Source: a virus. From it: a stretch of DNA of 64,000 nucleotides. The stretch lies in IMG/VR virus record IMGVR_UViG_3300035698_024657, positions 66,255-130,254 of that record, one strand, 5' to 3'. A model generated the notes under the pieces. That model ran no database searches, was not told the DNA's origin, and worked only from the letters and a program-made list of their open reading frames with translations. The position numbers and the translations under genes are program-made. This document shows, piece by piece, positions 1-8,757 of this stretch (positions are counted from its first letter, which is position 1; each line of letters starts with the position of its first letter).

Positions 1-477
1 ACCATGAACGGTTACCTTTAGGTCCGCAATATCACTATCTTCGACTACTCTGCGAAAATCTGCACGAATGTCTAAATCATAATTAGTGAACCCAATAGAT
101 TGCGTAGATAAATTACCTTCAGCAATTAAATATGCTAATAAACGTACTTGATTTGAAGGTAATTTGCTTTTACCAAATATAGGAATTTCACGAGGAACTG
201 CAATACGGTCACCAATAGTTACAGATTGTAAAGGTTGCCAACCCCCTACGGTAAGTAGTGGATGGGTATGAGTAACTTCAATAATGCGTCCAGATGTAGT
301 CGTGACTTTAAATACTTCCTGTTTTCCCGAATGCATATAATTAGCGGGTTGTACAGTACGTAATTTGTTCCAATTATTAGATAAAGTCAAAACTTTACCT
401 TCTTGAGAATTAACGACATCTTGAATTGTGCGCAATGTACCGTCAGCCATTACTAATTGACTGTCAAATTTTACGCA
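1..477 (-). mobile_element. Intein with LAGLIDADG homing endonuclease in DnaB P-loop (partial)
   Basis: Immediately after GRTGAGK the protein reads CVKFDSQLVMADGTLRTIQDV (block A), SGRIIEVTHTHPLLT (block B, TxxH) and RLLAYLIAEGN (LAGLIDADG-like). Confidence 0.88.
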
Positions 478-1104
478 TTTACCTGCACCAGTTCGACCGA
501 TGATTAAGTATAATTGGCCTGCAAACATTCCACCCGTCAATTCGTCTATCTCTTTGATCCCATATTGTATTCCCTGATACTTTTCAGGATGTTGTTCTTT
601 GTCAATATAATGGCGTATCCGCTCATCAGGCTTATCAAAAACAGAAGTACGTTCAACAATAGAGGTAGTACTGGCAGTTAAAATTTGTTGCGCAATATTT
701 GATGCAATCTCAACAGGATCTATGTCTGCCTCAAGACCTGCGCCAATTTCTTTATACACTGAATACAATTTACGTTTTGCTGTATACTCCTTAAGTTCAT
801 CTATATAGTATTTGGAGTACTTATCTATTCCAAACGCGTGCAACTCTCCAAACAATAAAAGAATATCAGTTTTATTGTTTGGATCATGTTTAGACAGCCA
901 ACGATCTAAAATATTGCGATCAATAAGTTTGTAATATTTTCGATAGAACCTTTCAATAATCTCAAACATGTACTGATGCCGCGTATCATAAAAATCGGCA
1001 ACATTCATATTATTGATTTGCTGATTCAGTACATTTTCATCGAGTAAAAGAGCAGTAAGTACTTTTTTCTCTGTTACAGAATTATTGAATGTAGTTTCAG
1101 GCAT
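1..1104 (-). CDS. dnaB: Replicative DNA helicase DnaB-like, intein-containing (runs off left edge)
   Basis: Not in the ORF track; translated by hand from ATG at 1104: MPETTFNNSVTEKKVLTALLLDE...DFYDTRHQYMFEII (DnaB N-domain), then LTGGMFAGQLYLIIGRTGAGK (Walker A). Frame is open to position 1. Confidence 0.9.
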   Translation of the reverse strand, partial: MPETTFNNSVTEKKVLTALLLDENVLNQQINNMNVADFYDTRHQYMFEIIERFYRKYYKLIDRNILDRWLSKHDPNNKTDILLLFGELHAFGIDKYSKYYIDELKEYTAKRKLYSVYKEIGAGLEADIDPVEIASNIAQQILTASTTSIVERTSVFDKPDERIRHYIDKEQHPEKYQGIQYGIKEIDELTGGMFAGQLYLIIGRTGAGKCVKFDSQLVMADGTLRTIQDVVNSQEGKVLTLSNNWNKLRTVQPANYMHSGKQEVFKVTTTSGRIIEVTHTHPLLTVGGWQPLQSVTIGDRIAVPREIPIFGKSKLPSNQVRLLAYLIAEGNLSTQSIGFTNYDLDIRADFRRVVEDSDIADLKVTVHG

Positions 1105-1399
1105 TTGGTCCGTTTTCCCACCGTTTCAGTGCGGCCCATACATCAACTTCATCCGGACTATCATTGCACCCACTGGGACAAGTGGTAGCATGTGCCCACA
1201 TACGAATTACGGCCCAATATACAAGCTTCTTAGGCAACTTAAATGCTGCCCATAACCAAATAGTTTCATTGAAAAAGTTCTTGACATTTATACGCCCCAA
1301 CCATACATGATACGTTACTTGCCACCACATAGTAGGAGGTAAACAGTCCTCAAGGCCCAATGCTTTTTGAATTTTACGTTCTTTTCTACTAATCATCAT
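1097..1399 (-). CDS. Small protein with KExx(I/V)QxALG leader
   Basis: N-terminus MMISRKERKIQKALG; Trp-rich remainder; overlaps both neighbours. Confidence 0.75.
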   Translation of the reverse strand: MMISRKERKIQKALGLEDCLPPTMWWQVTYHVWLGRINVKNFFNETIWLWAAFKLPKKLVYWAVIRMWAHATTCPSGCNDSPDEVDVWAALKRWENGPNA

Positions 1400-1733
1400 A
1401 GTGATCCGTGCCGTGCTTTAATGCAGTTATTTCAAGTGTCCCGTTAAATTGGGGGTATTTTTCATTTACTGCAGTATTTAGTTTTGGTAATAGTTGACCA
1501 TAATACATCGCGTGCACTGTAAAATTCTCCTTAATAATGGTATGAGTAACATTAGTATTACCTCCACCCGGCATATGCGTGACTTTAGAGACCTCCCCAC
1601 CTTTCGATAATGCAACTGTGTTAATTATTCCGGTACCTGGTTCAGCCTCCGTCAGAGTAGCAGTCACGTAAACCACGTACTTTCTTGGATAAACCCCTAA
1701 CGCCTTTTGGACTGCAATTTCTTTCTCAGTCAT
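1389..1733 (-). CDS. Small protein with KExx(I/V)QxALG leader
   Basis: Likely start ATG 1733 (MTEKEIAVQKALGVYP), overlapping the dnaC-like stop. Confidence 0.75.
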   Translation of the reverse strand: MTEKEIAVQKALGVYPRKYVVYVTATLTEAEPGTGIINTVALSKGGEVSKVTHMPGGGNTNVTHTIIKENFTVHAMYYGQLLPKLNTAVNEKYPQFNGTLEITALKHGTDHYDD

Positions 1734-2514
1734 CGAAAAAGTCACTTTCTAGCTTCTCTAAAATTTGTGGGCGATAATTTCCTACGAAGATAATTTCGGT
1801 GAGGCGTTCCATGAACATTGCCGCAATCGTTTGCCCTACAGTGTGCTCGATATCTGCCTTAATTTCATTTGACGTAACGATTAAAGGCTTCTTGAAATAA
1901 TCACACCGTTTCTTAAATAAAGGTAATAACAATCTTTGCACATTGTCATTCTGATCCTGAAAGCCTTTGTCGATTTCATCAATTACTAAAAAGTCCATCT
2001 CTACGACTAACTTTGTCAAATCTTTACGGACATCGGGATCACGTAACGCCATAAATGCTTTATCAACTAAATCAGACATCAAAATGAAATACCCAGAGTA
2101 TCCACTTTTGAGTGCCTTCTTTAATACCAACGTGGCAAGAAAACTCTTCCCTGAACCATTTCCCCCTTGCATAAATAATCCGAATCCCGTTTCAAGCGCT
2201 TTTGCCTGTTGACGGTTATATAGCACGATACGTCTGAAATGTTCCGCGTTATCCTGCTTGAAACGCTCATCTATGTCTTGATATGACAATTCCCTAAAGG
2301 CAACAGGAATATTCGCATGTGCCAGCGTATAAGCATCATTGAACGCAGTTACACATGCGCACTTAGCAAACTTTTCAGCTTCTTCCTCACCTACAACCCG
2401 CGTACCTTTACAAATGGGACATGTATCACAGTATTTGCTCTTCATCGCAAGAACTTCATCTGCAGACACCTTAAATGCATCAGAATCAAATCGAAGGGGA
2501 ATCTTTTTAATCAT
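1726..2514 (-). CDS. DnaC/IstB-like AAA+ ATPase (helicase loader)
   Basis: CPICKG...CAC zinc motif, ANIP, Walker A GGNGSGKS, Walker B FLVIDEI, LIVTSN. Confidence 0.88.
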   Translation of the reverse strand: MIKKIPLRFDSDAFKVSADEVLAMKSKYCDTCPICKGTRVVGEEEAEKFAKCACVTAFNDAYTLAHANIPVAFRELSYQDIDERFKQDNAEHFRRIVLYNRQQAKALETGFGLFMQGGNGSGKSFLATLVLKKALKSGYSGYFILMSDLVDKAFMALRDPDVRKDLTKLVVEMDFLVIDEIDKGFQDQNDNVQRLLLPLFKKRCDYFKKPLIVTSNEIKADIEHTVGQTIAAMFMERLTEIIFVGNYRPQILEKLESDFFDD

Positions 2515-2529
2515 TCAAATCGCTTTACG

Positions 2530-3123
2530 TTAAAAGGCGTCCGCAATATCTTTATCGAGAGCTTTTGTACTCTTGGGCGTCTGTGCGGCAAGCTGCTTAA
2601 ATTTATCGGGATCAACAGGTTTTCTCGTCTTTGTCGTAGCTAACCATTGATACAACATAGTATCACTCGATATTAGCGGAATTGACGCAACAAATTTCTT
2701 ATTGAATTTCTTCGCGAACAACCATTCAATCATCTCTTTATACACTGCATTATCTTGAATCACTTCATGCATATTACGGAATTGACTAATACGGATTGCA
2801 AATACTTGCCACTGCTTCCCGTGAATATCAAATTCATGCGGATACTTTGCACTATACAAATTTTGGAAAAGCCTAAGAAAATGCTGTACGTTCCACGCCG
2901 TAATATCGGCATCCATATTAATCTTACTGCCTTTAGTATGTTTTACCACCAAACTTCTCTTTGGTGGATCATATACAGTGTCTGGTCTATTCTTAAGTTG
3001 CTTATTCTCTTGCTCCAACTCTTTATTATGTGCAGTAAGAGCAATTTTCTGGTGATTCAAAAAGTATATGGCTTTATCTACCTGAACTTCATCATCTCTA
3101 ACGAAAAAACGGACACATATCAT
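2530..3123 (-). CDS. Hypothetical protein, possible replication initiator partner
   Basis: 197-aa ORF directly upstream of the DnaC-like loader; function inferred from position only. Confidence 0.55.
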   Translation of the reverse strand: MICVRFFVRDDEVQVDKAIYFLNHQKIALTAHNKELEQENKQLKNRPDTVYDPPKRSLVVKHTKGSKINMDADITAWNVQHFLRLFQNLYSAKYPHEFDIHGKQWQVFAIRISQFRNMHEVIQDNAVYKEMIEWLFAKKFNKKFVASIPLISSDTMLYQWLATTKTRKPVDPDKFKQLAAQTPKSTKALDKDIADAF

Positions 3124-4592
3124 ACGGTAACTTCCTTATATGTTACTCGAAAACGTGATTCACTTTTATAAAGGCGTTCACGCTTTTTAGAATGTCTATG
3201 CAAATATTTATAAGGATCAATAAAATCCACTACAATTGCGTGGTCTTTTCCTTCAGAGGGTGTCATACATCGAAGACGTTGAAATACTTTGATCGCAGAT
3301 TCACCACCAGAAGCAATAATTGTTGCATCAAGTGAAGGAACGTCAATACCTTCGTCCCCAAGAGTTGTAATTAATGTAAGGAGTTGTCTACTTTTCAACT
3401 TACGCCAAAGTACCGCACGATCTTTTGACTTACTGTTGCTAAATCTTGCATTAGGAATAAGAGCTTCAAGAGCATTACCGTGATTAATCTTCGTAACTAA
3501 AATCATACAAGTCTTACCCTGCGCTTGTAAGCTGCGAGCAACTTTAACAATTGCAGCGTTCCTCAACTTATCGTCAACAATCGCTTGCTTATAAATAGTA
3601 GCATAAGCGGTCTTACCCTCAAACTGAATGACTTTAGGTAACTTGATCAGATGCACAGTTGGTCTCACAAGATAACCAGCATCAATCAGTTTACTATAAT
3701 CAATCTCATATATAATAGGTCCAAGTAACCCTTCCAGTAATCTTTCCGTATTATCTTCTCTAAAAGGTGTTCCCGAACAACCTAAAATATATTCGGCGGA
3801 ATACACCTTATTCTGCAAAATGTATTTATGAGTTGCACTAACTGCATGATGACATTCATCTACCCAAACAAATTTTGAGGTTTCCACTAATTGCTGTATC
3901 GCTAACTTTTTAGCGATCGCAGGAATTCGCTCCATCTGCTTTTTGGGAATTTTCTCTTTAATATCATATGCAGCCATTAACGATTGAATCGTCGAAACAG
4001 TTATAGGTTGAATATCACATTCACCGTCACCAATAAGGCCTACTTGTGCCTCGGGAAGAAATTGTTTAAACTTATCAACAGTTTGCCGTGCGACGTCGAT
4101 ACTTTGACATATACTCAATACTGGAAAAATTCCCAGTCGCTGAACCAACATAATTTCCATTAACGTTTTGCCGGAACGTGGGCGAGCCCAAATAATTCCG
4201 CGTTTCTTTTCATACGCAATATCTACTGCATCATCTTGGTACGGTCGGGGCTGTAAAATTAATCCAGGAATAGGTTGCTGCGGATACGCCATTCGATTAT
4301 CTTCAATACTATATGGAACTCCATACTGATTAAGCGCTTCCTCAACATATGGCAATAAGCCTGTGAGAAATTTACCCGTCTTTACACTAAATAAGTGATT
4401 CTTCCCGTCCCATTGTTCTTGAATGAACTTTTTATTGCTCATTGCCTTAATAAAATGACTATTATGTATCTCATAAGACAGAAGCGCATCAAGATAGCTC
4501 CATATTTCACGGAGACCTGGATGATCGACATCTTCAGGAACAAGTTGACTAAGAATAGTCTTAATTTCTAATCTTGCGATCCCGCCAACCAT
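3120..4592 (-). CDS. Superfamily 2 DNA helicase (UvsW/ResIII-like)
   Basis: PRPYQ Q-motif, RPRSGKT, VDECHH, GCSGTP, DEGIDVP, QRLR motifs. Confidence 0.9.
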   Translation of the reverse strand: MVGGIARLEIKTILSQLVPEDVDHPGLREIWSYLDALLSYEIHNSHFIKAMSNKKFIQEQWDGKNHLFSVKTGKFLTGLLPYVEEALNQYGVPYSIEDNRMAYPQQPIPGLILQPRPYQDDAVDIAYEKKRGIIWARPRSGKTLMEIMLVQRLGIFPVLSICQSIDVARQTVDKFKQFLPEAQVGLIGDGECDIQPITVSTIQSLMAAYDIKEKIPKKQMERIPAIAKKLAIQQLVETSKFVWVDECHHAVSATHKYILQNKVYSAEYILGCSGTPFREDNTERLLEGLLGPIIYEIDYSKLIDAGYLVRPTVHLIKLPKVIQFEGKTAYATIYKQAIVDDKLRNAAIVKVARSLQAQGKTCMILVTKINHGNALEALIPNARFSNSKSKDRAVLWRKLKSRQLLTLITTLGDEGIDVPSLDATIIASGGESAIKVFQRLRCMTPSEGKDHAIVVDFIDPYKYLHRHSKKRERLYKSESRFRVTYKEVTV

Positions 4593-4819
4593 GTGACCTT
4601 TCCTGTATCTTTATCTATAATCATATGTAAACTCGCATGGACATCTGCACGTTTATTCAAACGATGGACAATCCCATTAAATTGGTCATGTGCCTGACGT
4701 ATCGTAGTAGCATTCCTTTCATATATAGCATGATGAGTATATCCATTCATCCTAATATACCCTTCATATTTTCGAAATAAGCCTAATGCTCGTTGTATTT
4801 TTTCTTCTTTCTTATCCAT
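4568..4819 (-). CDS. Small protein with KExx(I/V)QxALG leader
   Basis: MDKKEEKIQRALGLF; third of a tandem trio. Confidence 0.75.
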   Translation of the reverse strand: MDKKEEKIQRALGLFRKYEGYIRMNGYTHHAIYERNATTIRQAHDQFNGIVHRLNKRADVHASLHMIIDKDTGKVTWLAGSQD

Positions 4820-4822
4820 TAG

Positions 4823-5011
4823 CTAATGATGGAAACACTGAATTGGATAATCTGGCAAACGGTGACAATCATGACAATAAAAAAGGACATCACAATTACT
4901 ATTTATTCGCGCATACATCTCATCTGCAGGATATGTTCTACCACAACAAGCGCACATATGTGTAGGATATGCTCCTAAAGCCTTTTGGACTTTTCTCTCT
5001 TTCTCATCCAT
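4823..5011 (-). CDS. Small zinc-ribbon protein with KExx(I/V)QxALG leader
   Basis: MDEKERKVQKALGAYP then CACC...CHDC; TAATG overlap with the upstream gene. Confidence 0.75.
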   Translation of the reverse strand: MDEKERKVQKALGAYPTHMCACCGRTYPADEMYARINSNCDVLFYCHDCHRLPDYPIQCFHH

Positions 5012-5232
5012 TATCTAAGCGGGCCTATGAAGGCCCCATCAGGCACACCATGTAATCTATCTGCGCATAGTTGCGCGGTGGCGCATAGTGTACAGAAGTA
5101 CATGCGCTTACAATGTACAGCGCTTTGGTATAACCACTTTTCATCAACAGTAAATATCTTTTTACAATTATCACAAAGGAATTCGGGCAACGTGCCCAAT
5201 GCTTTTTGGACGTCTTGCTCTTTCTTATTCAT
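5011..5232 (-). CDS. Small zinc-ribbon protein with KExx(I/V)QxALG leader
   Basis: MNKKEQDVQKALGTLP then CDNC...CTLC. Confidence 0.75.
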   Translation of the reverse strand: MNKKEQDVQKALGTLPEFLCDNCKKIFTVDEKWLYQSAVHCKRMYFCTLCATAQLCADRLHGVPDGAFIGPLR

Positions 5233-5800
5233 TTATACAATGTGGATAAGAAGAAATTATATGTGCAGGAGAACCTCCATATACATAACCCGGCAAAGTG
5301 TCTTGATTTACTACAGACTGGCTAAGTATCACACAATCCTCTCCAATAGTTACACCCGGATTGATTGTAATTAGTCCACCTTGTAACCACACCCGGTCTT
5401 TAAGGATCGTCTTTGCGTACTTATTAGGAAAGTGTGTATTCTTTACTTGAGGAACTCTACAAACATGTGACCAAATTTGGCAATTAAAGCCAATGCAGCA
5501 ATCCTCACCTATTTCAAGATCTCCAGTAGCGTCAAGTGAAGTATATTGCGCCACCCAGGAGTTTTCCCCAATCGTACAATCACCATGCCCGTGAATTGTT
5601 ACATGATTGTGAAGAGTAACATTATCTCCAATACGTACAGTACCTCCTACTGCAATACATACCCCATCTTCAATGCGCGCGTTATCACCAATAATCAGAC
5701 TCAACGGCTTACCAGAGTGTCCAGAAAATTTAACATCGGGACTTATACTGGAATGGAATCCGGCAGTATATGTGATAATAACATCGAAATTCTTACTCAT
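5225..5800 (-). CDS. Hexapeptide-repeat (left-handed beta-helix) sugar acyltransferase
   Basis: Repeats IGDNARI, IGDNVTL, IGENSWV, IGEDCCI; PGVTIGEDCVI...GGSPA C-terminus. Confidence 0.88.
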   Translation of the reverse strand: MSKNFDVIITYTAGFHSSISPDVKFSGHSGKPLSLIIGDNARIEDGVCIAVGGTVRIGDNVTLHNHVTIHGHGDCTIGENSWVAQYTSLDATGDLEIGEDCCIGFNCQIWSHVCRVPQVKNTHFPNKYAKTILKDRVWLQGGLITINPGVTIGEDCVILSQSVVNQDTLPGYVYGGSPAHIISSYPHCINE

Positions 5801-6905
5801 AAAATTCTTTCACGCTATCTGCAATATATTGAATATCAGCATCAGATACCCACCAGCCGCAAGGCAAGCAGATATGTCTTTCCATAAACGCCGTAACGCC
5901 GGGAAGGTCTACGGGATCTGCATGAAAACCGCTATACAAATCATTATTCACGTGCATCGCTGATGCATGAATACCTTTATCTCGTAAAAAAATTGTCAAC
6001 CCATCTCCTTTGTTGCCCACAAATGTAGATACCCATGCAGCCGATGGTCCCGTCCAAGATCTTTGAAGAATTCCATCGAGTGCCTTACTAAGACGTAAAT
6101 CATTCATGACATAAGTAGATAAACGCGCACTTAGATTGGGCGCAGTCATCTGAGCAATACCAATACATCCTGCGATGTTATTCATATGTGCTTTAAATCC
6201 AATCTCGGGTACATCACATGTCCAATCAATCTCGCCACTAGGAGTACGGAATCCATCTCTATCTGGCCCAAACCACTTCAACTTATTGGCCCGTGCCATA
6301 TCATCGGCATCTCTGAAAGCAATAGCGCCCCCGTCTCCCGTAGTTATATGCTTGATTGCTTGAAAAGAGAAACAGACGTAGTCACCATATCCACCGTCAC
6401 CTAAAATACCGCGGTGTGCATACATACTGAATGCCTGCGCCGCGTCAACAATAAGTTTGATCCCGTGCTCTTTACAAATTGCATCAATTTCCCGCAATGG
6501 CCCAAGATCTCCACCCCAACATACGTACATAAGAACTTTAATATCGGGATATTGTTCAATACGTTTAAGTAAAGTATCCGGAGAAATCATACCATGAATT
6601 GGATCGACATCAACCCACACGGGAGTTGCGCTAAGTGTTGCAATTGGCGTGTTAGTAGCGATACACGTCATGGGAGTAGAAAATACTTTACTGCCTGCCT
6701 CAACGCCTGCTAGCCGGAGTGAAATTTGTAAGCTACTGGTACACGAATTAGTAGTCAGCACTTTATCATTATGTAAATGGGCACGAAGACATTTTTCGAA
6801 CGCCTTAACGCTTTCTCCTTCAGCAACGTAACCGCTTTGTAGTACTTCACCCATTTTATCTACAGCGTTCTCCGGAACATAAACCTTAAACAAAGGAATC
6901 ATCAT
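5793..6905 (-). CDS. DegT/DnrJ/EryC1/StrS family PLP sugar aminotransferase
   Basis: TNSCTSSL, IVDAAQA, FSFQAIKHITTGDGG (PLP lysine). Confidence 0.93.
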   Translation of the reverse strand: MMIPLFKVYVPENAVDKMGEVLQSGYVAEGESVKAFEKCLRAHLHNDKVLTTNSCTSSLQISLRLAGVEAGSKVFSTPMTCIATNTPIATLSATPVWVDVDPIHGMISPDTLLKRIEQYPDIKVLMYVCWGGDLGPLREIDAICKEHGIKLIVDAAQAFSMYAHRGILGDGGYGDYVCFSFQAIKHITTGDGGAIAFRDADDMARANKLKWFGPDRDGFRTPSGEIDWTCDVPEIGFKAHMNNIAGCIGIAQMTAPNLSARLSTYVMNDLRLSKALDGILQRSWTGPSAAWVSTFVGNKGDGLTIFLRDKGIHASAMHVNNDLYSGFHADPVDLPGVTAFMERHICLPCGWWVSDADIQYIADSVKEFYE

Positions 6906-6914
6906 ATTCTCCTA

Positions 6915-7841
6915 TTAATACATTTCTTCAATACCCATTTGAATATTACATACCTGCAGTTTTAAATCTTTTTCCGCATTGACGTTATATGCAATCATTT
7001 GTATAGCGTCTGATGTTTTTATGAACCCTGACGCAATGATAATAGCTTTATGCGGAGAATTATCGGCACACCACATATTTAGTTTACTCCATCCATGATG
7101 GGATCCCAAAGACATTGCAGATAATAACAATTTAAGTATTTCGGGTTCCTCCAAAGCAACTATATGTGCCCAATCCCCGTATTGTTTTAATACTGCATAA
7201 CCTTCCGCAGCCCCCGCTAGTACAATCGGGATATAATGATGCTGTGGATGATACGTCCACCGAGTATGTTGCCATTTATAAAATGTACCAGGTACCTTTT
7301 TATGTTTATACATAAGGTATGCTGAATTTTCTGCTGGACCCATAAATGTACGAAATGCAGGACTATTTTCGGTAAGAAATCTGGCATTAGAACATTCATA
7401 TACATCGATCTCCTGCACAGGATACCATCCTGCACTAAAGTGCCCCTTAAGTACGGTGCGTCCCCGTTGAGGGAAACCTACAATATATTCATATTCCCCT
7501 AATTCCCTCTCAGACTGTAGAGCAAATTTACTAAGTGCCTTAAATAATCCAAGCTGTCTATGATCTTTTTGTATACCTACGGCAAAACATCTACCAACGT
7601 TGATAGGTTCATCGGAAATGCACAATTTACGAGGTTCTACCCCCCAAATACCTACTAGAATATCATCACAAAATGCTCCGTATATACGAACCTTGCCGCA
7701 ATGCACAGTGGTGAACCACCAGTCAATCCATCTGAAGGATATATCGCTCGTGACAAATAGTTTATTGTGTAGATTTCTATACTCTATCAAATCCTTTGAC
7801 ATGTCAAGTAAACGGAACTTAGGCAAGATGTAAACCTCCAT
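6915..7841 (-). CDS. GNAT family N-acyltransferase
   Basis: AVGIQKDHRQLGLFKAL acyl-CoA binding motif, IVGFP. Confidence 0.75.
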   Translation of the reverse strand: MEVYILPKFRLLDMSKDLIEYRNLHNKLFVTSDISFRWIDWWFTTVHCGKVRIYGAFCDDILVGIWGVEPRKLCISDEPINVGRCFAVGIQKDHRQLGLFKALSKFALQSERELGEYEYIVGFPQRGRTVLKGHFSAGWYPVQEIDVYECSNARFLTENSPAFRTFMGPAENSAYLMYKHKKVPGTFYKWQHTRWTYHPQHHYIPIVLAGAAEGYAVLKQYGDWAHIVALEEPEILKLLLSAMSLGSHHGWSKLNMWCADNSPHKAIIIASGFIKTSDAIQMIAYNVNAEKDLKLQVCNIQMGIEEMY

Positions 7842-8514
7842 TCAAATGAAGGGTTTGACCTGCCATATAAGGAGTGTCTATCAAGAAATCGATAGAATTC
7901 ATAACTTCCTTAAAATTCCCGAACCTACCCAATGGAATAGTCTTCTTCAACGCAGTCTGATGTTCTTCAGGAACTTTTTCAATCATACCATATTCAGTAT
8001 AACCTAAACCAATCCCAAATGGTAAAATATTATGTCTGACTCCTTCAGGGAGTAATCCTCTTACCATGCCTTCCATTGCCGACTTAGTTACACTATACCC
8101 TAAAGCGCCAAAAACTGGGCGATGCGCAACGACAGAGCTTACGAAAATAAGTCTGCCATACCGTTGTTCTTTCATCCTGGGCCACAACCTACTAACGATC
8201 TCTAATACGCCGGTACAATTTACCTTGAACTGTTGGTGCAAGTCAGCAAAAGATAGTGTACTCATAGAAGCATTTACAGTAAGACCTGCTAAATGGATAA
8301 GATTAATGGGGGCATTCTTCATAAGCGCAGTATTTAGAAGAGGATCAGCAAATATTGCAGGACCATTAGATAAATCGTATTTAATAAGGTGTGCCCCTTC
8401 TAAACTACCAGGATAGTTTGAACCATATAATCCTATAACTACTTCGTCACGTTTTAACAATTCTGCAACGACTCTTTTACCAATTCCCCCTGATGCGCCA
8501 GTGACTAAATACAT
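7819..8514 (-). CDS. SDR oxidoreductase, FabG/PhaB-like
   Basis: VTGASGGIG, FVSSV, YSVTK (YxxxK), IPLGRFG, GQTLHLNGG. Confidence 0.88.
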   Translation of the reverse strand: MYLVTGASGGIGKRVVAELLKRDEVVIGLYGSNYPGSLEGAHLIKYDLSNGPAIFADPLLNTALMKNAPINLIHLAGLTVNASMSTLSFADLHQQFKVNCTGVLEIVSRLWPRMKEQRYGRLIFVSSVVAHRPVFGALGYSVTKSAMEGMVRGLLPEGVRHNILPFGIGLGYTEYGMIEKVPEEHQTALKKTIPLGRFGNFKEVMNSIDFLIDTPYMAGQTLHLNGGLHLA

Positions 8515-8523
8515 AATTTTCCT

Positions 8524-8757
8524 TTACCAGATCTCGAGATCGTGTGAACCGCAATTACTACAATATATTAGACTACCATCAATAGTTGCGGCCGGCTCAC
8601 CTTCAGTAGTATTCAATATCGTATGCGTAGTGGCACAAACCGAAGGCACACAGGTAGTTAATATTCTCCCGCAATTACTACACCATACAGCTTCCATCGA
8701 ACCAAGTGCACACTGTATCTTCATTTCTTTGATATTCAGCGTGATTCTACTTCCCAA
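8524..8757 (-). CDS. Small zinc-ribbon protein with KExx(I/V)QxALG leader
   Basis: LNIKEMKIQCALGSM then CSNCG...CSNCGS; start uncertain (TTG 8757, CTG 8739 or ATG 8787). Confidence 0.65.
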   Translation of the reverse strand: MGSRITLNIKEMKIQCALGSMEAVWCSNCGRILTTCVPSVCATTHTILNTTEGEPAATIDGSLIYCSNCGSHDLEIW

